From: Alphaproteobacteria bacterium
Lineage (GTDB): Bacteria; Pseudomonadota; Alphaproteobacteria; Rs-D84
Assembly (NCBI GenBank): GCA_017475605.1
Contig: JAFVFD010000002.1
Coordinates: 120,001-152,000, forward strand
DNA: 32,000 nt
Direction: 5' to 3'
Shown here: piece by piece, positions 25,848-32,000 of the stretch
Position numbering within the stretch: position 1 is the stretch's first letter
Layout: every line of letters begins with the position of its first letter
Notes under the pieces: model-generated
The model's input: the letters and a program-made list of their open reading frames with translations, nothing else
What the model was told of the DNA's origin: nothing
Databases searched by the model: none
Made by a program: the position numbers and the translations under genes

Positions 25848-27569
25848 ATGGCAAACGGCAAACTTTGTTTGAATTTTCATATGAAAGATTTATCCAAAGG
25901 TTTATTTAATCCAGTCGCAGACGAAAATTTCGTCGAACTGTTCGACAAAAATTATGGCACCCAGGAAACCTTACAGGGTTTCGCAACCAAGGGTACTGTT
26001 AAAGATATTCGTGGCGACTTTGTTATGGTTGATGTTGGCCTTAAATCCGAAGGTCGCATTCCATTAAAAGAATTTGGCGCATCGGTTCCATCCGTTGGCG
26101 ATATCATTGACGTTTTCGTTGAACGTTATGAATCACGCGAAGGAACAGCGGTTCTGTCTTATACCAAGGCGCGTGCTGAAAAAGCATGGAAAGATTTGGA
26201 AAAGACTGTTGCCGAAGGTATCGATCCAGAAGGCACCATTATCGATGTCGTTCGCGGTGGTTATACCGTCGATATCAATGGTGTGTTCGCGTTTATGCCA
26301 TCGTCCCAGGTTGATCACAAACCTGTTCGCGATGCAAAATCGCTGATTGGTTTAAAAGACAAATTCCGCGTATTGAAAATGGATGCATTGCGCACAAACG
26401 CAATTGTTTCCCGTCGTGCGATTCAATCTGATGCTATCGCTGAACAACAGAAAGAAGCGATGAAAAACATCGAATTGGGCGCAGTTATCGAAGGTACAGT
26501 CAAAAACATCACAGATTATGGTGTGTTTGTTGATTTGGGCGGAATCGATGGTTTGTTACATGTAACAGACTTGTCCTGGAAACGCGTTAATCATCCACGC
26601 GAATTGGTCCATGTTGGCGAAAAGATTAAGGTTAAAGTTATTCAATTTGATCCTGAATCTCACCGCATTTCGTTGGGTGCAAAACAATTGGAAGAAGACC
26701 CATGGGAAACAGCATCCCGCGCATTCAATGTCGGCGACACAGTATCCGGCAAGGTTTCTTCTATTACCGATTACGGCGCATTCATCGATTTGGGCAACAA
26801 TATCGAAGGTTTGGTCCACATGTCTGAATTGTCATGGACAAACAAAAACATTCACCCGGGCAAAGTTTTACAAGTCGGCCAAGATGTTAATGTTGTCGTC
26901 CTGGGCATTGACCAAGACAAACGCCGTATTTCGTTGGGTTACAAGCAATTACAACCAAATCCATGGAAAGAATTTGCTGAAACACACAATGTTGGCGACG
27001 TTGTAACGGGCCCAATCAAAAACACAACTGAATTCGGTTTATTCGTTGCGTTGACACCTGAACTGGACGGTATGGTTCATATTTCCGACCTGTCTTGGAA
27101 CAAACTGGACGAAGAAGAATTGAAGAAATTCGTTCGCGGCCAGGAAGTTACCGCCAAGATTTTGGATATCAATCCGGAAAAAGAACGCGTTACATTGGGT
27201 ATCAAACAATTGACCGAAAGCGCGGAAAACAATGCTGTTTCTATCAAGAAAGGTGCAGTTGTTTCCGGTACCGTTTCTGAAATCACACCAGACGAATTGA
27301 TTGTTGCGTTGGCTGGCGATGCCAAGGGTATCATCCGCCGCACAGATTTGTCGCGTGAAAAATCAGAACAAGACACATCCAAGTTCAATGTCGGTGATAC
27401 AGTTGAAGCATCTGTTGTTTCCGTTGAAAACAACACAGTTAAACTGTCAATCCGCGCATTACAGGTAACTTTGGAAAAACAGGCAGTCAAAGAATATGCC
27501 AACGAAGCCGATTCCGGTTCCGTTTTGGGCGATATTTTGGGTGCCGCAATCGAAAACAGCAAAAAATAA
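25848..27569 (+). CDS. rpsA: 30S ribosomal protein S1 (six S1/OB domains)
   Basis: Repeated S1 motifs (GTVKDIRGDFVMVDVG, GTVKNITDYGVFVDLGGIDGLLHVTDLSW, GKVSSITDYGAFIDLG..., GPIKNTTEFGLFVAL...). The start is ambiguous between ATG 25848 and ATG 25881. Confidence 0.95.
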   Translation: MANGKLCLNFHMKDLSKGLFNPVADENFVELFDKNYGTQETLQGFATKGTVKDIRGDFVMVDVGLKSEGRIPLKEFGASVPSVGDIIDVFVERYESREGTAVLSYTKARAEKAWKDLEKTVAEGIDPEGTIIDVVRGGYTVDINGVFAFMPSSQVDHKPVRDAKSLIGLKDKFRVLKMDALRTNAIVSRRAIQSDAIAEQQKEAMKNIELGAVIEGTVKNITDYGVFVDLGGIDGLLHVTDLSWKRVNHPRELVHVGEKIKVKVIQFDPESHRISLGAKQLEEDPWETASRAFNVGDTVSGKVSSITDYGAFIDLGNNIEGLVHMSELSWTNKNIHPGKVLQVGQDVNVVVLGIDQDKRRISLGYKQLQPNPWKEFAETHNVGDVVTGPIKNTTEFGLFVALTPELDGMVHISDLSWNKLDEEELKKFVRGQEVTAKILDINPEKERVTLGIKQLTESAENNAVSIKKGAVVSGTVSEITPDELIVALAGDAKGIIRRTDLSREKSEQDTSKFNVGDTVEASVVSVENNTVKLSIRALQVTLEKQAVKEYANEADSGSVLGDILGAAIENSKK

Positions 27570-27595
27570 TTTTTGCTAAAAATCGTACAAACATA

Positions 27596-27630
27596 CCGAG
27601 TCTGTTATTGACAGACTCGGTTGTTTTTTT
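27596..27630 (+). terminator. Rho-independent terminator after rpsA
   Basis: 10-bp perfect stem CCGAGTCTGT/ACAGACTCGG with loop TATTG, followed by TTGTTTTTTT. Confidence 0.8.
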
Positions 27631-27637
27631 CTAACAT
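27608..27637 (+). promoter_or_regulatory. Candidate promoter of the giant gene, embedded in the rpsA terminator
   Basis: TTGACA (terminator loop and 3' arm) - 18 nt - TAACAT. The purine-rich GAGGAAGGG follows at 27647-27655. Confidence 0.3.
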
Positions 27638-27689
27638 TCAAAGAAAGAGGAAGGGTACTATCATTCAACGACACACAATTCTTAAACGA

Positions 27690-30600
27690 ATGTTTGTGGC
27701 GACTTTGTTTGTCGTGGGGGTCTTTATTTGCCCGAATACTCCGGTGTCTGCGATTCAGCGCAATGTTCCGCAACCAACAAATACGCGTACGGTTGTTAAC
27801 AGAACATCCCCTAAAACAGTACCGGCGCGCACAACGGTATCCAGGGCTACAATAAACCAATCAACCTCATCACAGACACCTGTGAAACGCGCTGCGATAT
27901 CAACCAGCCAAAAAGCATCCCGAAATCCGATAAACGCAACAAAAACACAAAAACCAGCTGTCGAATCTGCAACACAAACTCGTACGATTGTACAAAAATC
28001 TTCTAGAAGCACGACCCGCCGTTATCAAGCAAACACTCAATCACGCACACAATCGCGCACAGCCACAATACAAAACAGAACCACACCTCCAACTAATGAC
28101 TCTACGTTGGTAAAAATGCACATTCCTGCCGATTTACGTTCAAGCCCAAACATTCAAGCATATATAACTATGTCGGGTGGGGATGATTATATTGTATTTA
28201 AATTATTCAAAAACAAATTACCCAATTTATCGACACTGTTCCAAAATCTGGGCGGAAACATGGGGGTCTTTGCCGAAAACAATACCACCAGCACCCAGAT
28301 TGTGGCAACAAACGGGACCCCGACAACGACTTCTGATCGCGAAGTTTATTTACTGAAACAACAAACAGGTGGCGGTGGTGGCGCATGTGCAAGTAATTCC
28401 GATTGTGGCGACGGAACATGTAATGCCAGTGGTATCTGCCAGTGCTTTGATAACGCATCCAAGGGGGCCAATGGCAAATGCACATGTAATTCAGGATATT
28501 ACCAGTCTGGTGGCGCATGCGTTGCGGACACATCGGGCACTGATACGAATAATTTAACATTTACAACATGCAACACCAATTCGGAATGTGCCAGTGGCCA
28601 ATGTAATTACGGCGTGTGTGTTAAGGATGACCCCAGCAGCTTTAAGTGTAACGAAGAAACAATCCAACCCGTATTCGCCATCACTGTAAAAGGAACATCG
28701 GTTTTTAATGTAAATATTCGCGCCGCAGGAACATTCTTTCTTTTTGCTCCGCACGGTGGGGTTATATCTAGTAATGGTACTACGACTTGTACGTCTAATA
28801 TTATAAAATTAGAACGCCCAACAACGGCTGGCACAGGAACGTTATCCGCCACCATTACTGATTCAGACGAATACACAACGCTGTATTTTGGTGGCATGGC
28901 GACCGAATATCCGAATAACGATACCCCAGTGATTGAATTTCAAAATACCACAGGGACATATATTGATTACAGACCATATATCTATGAAGTGTCCGGCTCG
29001 ATTGGTGCGATATTCCCCACAATTGGCGATGCGACCAGTGTCGATTACACAAAACAACCACGTTTCAAGGGGTTGTTTTCTAACGCGGTTAATCTGCGTT
29101 CTATACCGTCTGGGTTATTTGACGGCATCCATGGCCAACCGGTTGCGGATATGTTTTCTGGTGTGTTTTCTGGCTGCACCGGTTTAACCGGTTCAATTCC
29201 GGACAGATTATTTGCCGGCCTGACCGGAACGGCAGATAGCTTATTCGCGTCGACATTTTATAATTGCTCTGGGCTAACAGGTTTAATTCCCGCAAACCTG
29301 TTTGACGGTCTGACCGGCCCATACAAGCAACGTATGTTCATTAACACATTTGCTTATTGCAGTGGCCTTACTGGCAATATTCCAGATGGTTTGTTTGGTA
29401 ATTTGACTATCAATGATCCACTCGCCTATACAGCACAAACATTTAGCATGACATTTGACCGCTGCAGCGGCTTAACCGGCTATGTTCCATCCAGCATGTA
29501 TAAAGGGTTGGACGGGAAATCGGTCAATAGCACTTTTGGTACAAATGGCGATACATTTTATGGTTGCACAGGAATGGCAACATCTTGCGAAAATGGTTAT
29601 ATAAAAGATCCCGCCGCCGCAAACTATGAGCAATATTGGAGCAATCATGTCGCCTGTATCCCAGATGGCAGCAGCAGTCCCACACCGCCGGCCGCGCAAC
29701 AAACCATGACAATACCATTTTCAACGGCCGATTATGAACTGGGCAATGACACCACCGCAGATGAAGTATTTACCACAAGTTCACGCACAATTAACTTGGC
29801 ATCCGTACTAAACAATGCAACTGGTACGGTTACTGTTGACTGGGGCGACGGCACCAGTGTTGCTACAATCACCGCAGGTGATGCACTGCCATCACATACG
29901 TATACCGGCAACAGTGTATATAACATCACATTAACGGGCGACATTCCCGAAATGAAATCGACCAGCGACAATGTTGTGGCAACATGTACCGGTAATGCCG
30001 ATGAAATTCGTATCAACGAAACCCAATGCGCACGAACCAAGTTCAGAATTAACACAACGTCTGATGCCGACGAGTTTTTAATCTATATCGGTGCCGCGGG
30101 AACATTCTATATCGATTGGGATGATGGTTCCGCACCAAGTGTAATTACACATGCGACACCAATTGCGGTACCGTATTCCCATAAATATACAACGGTGCAA
30201 TCGCGAACGATTCGCATTGGCGGTTTGGCAACGGAATACCCACCATTGAATATCAACCCCGCCATATCATTTTTCTATAACAACATTTCACACCCCAATT
30301 ACATACACAGTGTTTCCGGTTCGTTGGGCGAATTGTTCCCCAGTTATGGCACTGCCGTTGGGCAAACACCACGATTTCGCAACACATTTCTGTATGCGAC
30401 TAATATGTACACAATTCCGAACACTTTATTCAGCGGGATAAGCAACGGTTCGGGAACCGTTGCGCCGATATCAAGTATGTTCGAAGGAACGTTTAAACAC
30501 TCCGGTCTGACCGAAATACCGACGGGTCTGTTTGCCGAAATTGGGGGCGCACCGGCCAACAGTATGTTTGAAGAAACGTTTTATATGGCGGAAAATCTGG

Positions 30601-32000
30601 CTGGCGAGATTCCATCGGATTTATTCGCCGGCATTCGCGGCGCACCGGCGGAACAAATGTACGAACGCACATTTGGTAGCACAAAATTAAGTGGCGAATT
30701 GCCTGATTATCTGTTTGGCAATTTGAATGGTGCGCCACAATATGCGATGTTCATGCAAACATTTGTCAACGACACGGGGCTAACGGGACAAATTCCGGAT
30801 CATTTGTTTGGCGATTTGACTGGTTCAATTGATGTTCGCTGGGCGTTTTATGAAACATTCAAGGGGTGTTCTAAACTAACCGGATATATACCATCAACAT
30901 TATTTGGCACCGTCACGGGCAATGCCGGCGATGGAACATTTAGCGACACATTCACTGGAACTGGCTTGTTGGAAAATATATGCCCCAGTAATTTTCATCC
31001 ATATCCCACCTATAACAACCGATTTGCAACATATTGGGATGGCCATATTGCATGCGAAGCCGATGATGCGATTCCTGCTGACCCGGCGCTGGGCACGTGC
31101 ACCGACGCAGAAAATGAAATTGTCGTTGGCGATGGCAAATGTGTTACATCAAAATTCATTGTCGAAACAAAATCTGTAAGTAAAGTGGTATTTTCAATCA
31201 GTGCCGCCGGTATATTCTATTACGATTGTGGCGATGGCAAAGGGGGGCATGTAATCAACCGTACCGATGACACAACACCGCGTACATATTATTGCAACTA
31301 TGACACCACCGGCAAATACACTGTCCGATTTGCCGGCACTGCAACTGGTTATTCAACCGACGAACAGACCGCCGCAATAAGCTTCAATTATAACGAATCA
31401 GATTCGTCAAAGTGCGACATCACATCAATCACAGGCTCGTTGGGTTCCGTATTTCCAAGCATTGATTCCACTGGCACTAATGGCAAGACTCCGCGTTTCA
31501 CTAACACATTCAAGTATTGTGGGCTTGACTCCATTCCCGAAAACCTGTTCAGTGGCGTAAATGGACAACCAGTATCATATATGTTCATGGGAACATTTAG
31601 CGGCGCAAAGGCAACGTCTATTCCAGCCGGATTATTCAGTGGTATAAACGGCACGCCCACACCCCACCTGTTTGAAGGCACATTCAGTGGCATGACACTG
31701 TTAAGTGGCACCATAAGCTCTGATTTATTCGCGGGAATCCGTGGCGAACCAGCACCGTATATGTTCAAATCCACGTTCCAAAATTGTTATGATAATTTTT
31801 ATAAACGGTCTTTTTCAATTGATGACGATTTATTCAGCGGAATATCTGGCGCACCCGCGACAAGCATGTTTGAAAGCACATTTGAACACACAACATTGAA
31901 CAAATTACCACCGCGCTTGTTCCGCCGTATATCCGGCGCACCGGCGACAAAAATGTTCGCACATACGTTTGATGGAACATCGCCATATGAGGGTGGTACA
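27690..32000 (+). CDS. Giant secreted modular repeat protein (at least 1,437 aa; 3' end beyond the window): signal peptide, basic leader, EGF-like Cys knots, and at least 3 super-modules of PKD-like domain + ~30-aa repeat array + Cys cap
   Basis: Absent from the ORF track because there is no stop in the window. The frame of ATG 27690 is open to 32000 (4,311 nt = 1,437 codons); I translated it fully and checked coordinates at several landmarks. MFVATLFVVGVFICPNTPVSA is a signal peptide. The true start may be non-canonical at 27663 (see findings). Confidence 0.85.
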   Translation, partial: MFVATLFVVGVFICPNTPVSAIQRNVPQPTNTRTVVNRTSPKTVPARTTVSRATINQSTSSQTPVKRAAISTSQKASRNPINATKTQKPAVESATQTRTIVQKSSRSTTRRYQANTQSRTQSRTATIQNRTTPPTNDSTLVKMHIPADLRSSPNIQAYITMSGGDDYIVFKLFKNKLPNLSTLFQNLGGNMGVFAENNTTSTQIVATNGTPTTTSDREVYLLKQQTGGGGGACASNSDCGDGTCNASGICQCFDNASKGANGKCTCNSGYYQSGGACVADTSGTDTNNLTFTTCNTNSECASGQCNYGVCVKDDPSSFKCNEETIQPVFAITVKGTSVFNVNIRAAGTFFLFAPHGGVISSNGTTTCTSNIIKLERPTTAGTGTLSATITDSDEYTTLYFGGMATEYPNNDTPVIEFQNTTGTYIDYRPYIYEVSGSIGAIFPTIGDATSVDYTKQPRFKGLFSNAVNLRSIPSGLFDGIHGQPVADMFSGVFSGCTGLTGSIPDRLFAGLTGTADSLFASTFYNCSGLTGLIPANLFDGLTGPYKQRMFINTFAYCSGLTGNIPDGLFGNLTINDPLAYTAQTFSMTFDRCSGLTGYVPSSMYKGLDGKSVNSTFGTNGDTFYGCTGMATSCENGYIKDPAAANYEQYWSNHVACIPDGSSSPTPPAAQQTMTIPFSTADYELGNDTTADEVFTTSSRTINLASVLNNATGTVTVDWGDGTSVATITAGDALPSHTYTGNSVYNITLTGDIPEMKSTSDNVVATCTGNADEIRINETQCARTKFRINTTSDADEFLIYIGAAGTFYIDWDDGSAPSVITHATPIAVPYSHKYTTVQSRTIRIGGLATEYPPLNINPAISFFYNNISHPNYIHSVSGSLGELFPSYGTAVGQTPRFRNTFLYATNMYTIPNTLFSGISNGSGTVAPISSMFEGTFKHSGLTEIPTGLFAEIGGAPANSMFEETFYMAENLAGEIPSDLFAGIRGAPAEQMYERTFGSTKLSGELPDYLFGNLNGAPQYAMFMQTFVNDTGLTGQIPDHLFGDLTGSIDVRWAFYETFKGCSKLTGYIPSTLFGTVTGNAGDGTFSDTFTGTGLLENICPSNFHPYPTYNNRFATYWDGHIACEADDAIPADPALGTCTDAENEIVVGDGKCVTSKFIVETKSVSKVVFSISAAGIFYYDCGDGKGGHVINRTDDTTPRTYYCNYDTTGKYTVRFAGTATGYSTDEQTAAISFNYNESDSSKCDITSITGSLGSVFPSIDSTGTNGKTPRFTNTFKYCGLDSIPENLFSGVNGQPVSYMFMGTFSGAKATSIPAGLFSGINGTPTPHLFEGTFSGMTLLSGTISSDLFAGIRGEPAPYMFKSTFQNCYDNFYKRSFSIDDDLFSGISGAPATSMFESTFEHTTLNKLPPRLFRRISGAPATKMFAHTFDGTSPYEGGT
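29055..29534 (+). repeat. Array 1 of ~30-aa coding repeats (5 units) inside the giant gene
   Basis: QPRFKGLFSNAVNLRSIPSGLFDGIHGQPVAD / MFSGVFSGCTGLTGSIPDRLFAGLTGTADS / LFASTFYNCSGLTGLIPANLFDGLTGPYKQR / MFINTFAYCSGLTGNIPDGLFGNL... / FSMTFDRCSGLTGYVPSSMYKGLDG... Confidence 0.8.
30366..30938 (+). repeat. Array 2 of ~30-aa coding repeats (6 units)
   Basis: TPRFRNTFLYATNMYTIPNTLFSGISNG... / MFEGTFKHSGLTEIPTGLFAEIGGAPANS / MFEETFYMAENLAGEIPSDLFAGIRGAPAEQ / MYERTFGSTKLSGELPDYLFGNLNGAPQYA / MFMQTFVNDTGLTGQIPDHLFGDLTG... / FYETFKGCSKLTGYIPSTLFGTVTG... Confidence 0.8.
31488..32000 (+). repeat. Array 3 of ~30-aa coding repeats (at least 6 units, truncated by the window edge)
   Basis: TPRFTNTFKYCGLDSIPENLFSGVNGQPVSY / MFMGTFSGAKATSIPAGLFSGINGTPTPH / LFEGTFSGMTLLSGTISSDLFAGIRGEPAPY / MFKSTFQNC...DDDLFSGISGAPATS / MFESTFEHTTLNKLPPRLFRRISGAPATK / MFAHTFDG... 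Confidence 0.8.

Noticed and set aside
27576-31774. Numerous minus-strand ORFs (e.g. 27576..27860, 28207..28560, 29732..30055, 30344..30738, 31388..31774 with periodic 'PLN')
   Set aside because: All are antisense to the single uninterrupted plus-strand giant ORF. The periodicity in 31388..31774 is simply the mirror image of the ~30-aa coding repeats.
28647-32000. Periodic sequence as a possible CRISPR array or non-coding tandem repeat
   Set aside because: The repeat units are ~90 nt, strongly diverged at the nucleotide level, contiguous without unique spacers, and maintain one reading frame. They are protein-coding repeats.
1-32000. Search for mobile elements, prophage genes, toxin-antitoxin pairs, restriction-modification or other defence-system genes, tRNAs and rRNAs
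   Set aside because: No transposase, integrase or phage-like ORFs. No inverted terminal repeats. No small adjacent ORF pairs. No intergenic space large enough for a tRNA apart from the AT-rich 11554-11763 and the rnpB locus. Nothing was found that could be supported.

Overview
Gene-dense, moderately AT-rich bacterial chromosomal segment: 26 protein-coding genes plus RNase P RNA. I found no tRNA, rRNA, CRISPR array, transposase, integrase or prophage gene. The ruvB-ybgC-tolQ-tolR-tolA order, the extended S9 and several compacted proteins suggest an alphaproteobacterium with a streamlined, possibly host-associated genome; this is inference only. Genes left of ~16.7 kb are on the minus strand: dnaE, rsmH, secA, tolQRA, ybgC, ruvB. 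The exceptions are a small ORF and rnpB on the plus strand. Genes right of ~16.7 kb are on the plus strand: an OmpR/EnvZ-type two-component pair, argS, rplM-rpsI, tig, thyA, rpsA. The unusual content sits at the two window edges and is only partly visible in the ORF track, because two of the ORFs lack a stop codon inside the window. (1) At 27690-32000+ a giant secreted protein of at least 1,437 aa has a signal peptide, a basic T/R/S-rich leader, EGF-like cysteine knots, and at least three tandem ~300-360-aa super-modules. Each super-module is a PKD-like beta-sandwich, then five or six ~30-aa 'MFxxTFxxCxxLTGxIPxxLFxG' repeats, and in the two complete copies a Cys-containing cap. (2) At 1-3174 (minus) lie two overlapping genes for secreted cysteine-rich proteins. 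One shares the 'TNTR...TVSRAT' post-signal-peptide leader with the giant protein. A CPVC-motif membrane protein lies immediately upstream. I could not assign any of these to a named family from sequence alone. Together they look like an uncharacterised family of eukaryote-like (EGF/PKD/LRR-like) surface or secreted proteins. Smaller oddities are an alpha/beta-hydrolase with Glu in place of the nucleophile Ser, a shortened OmpR-type DNA-binding domain, a minimal TolQ, an SD-less structured rpsA leader, and a promoter embedded in the rpsA terminator.
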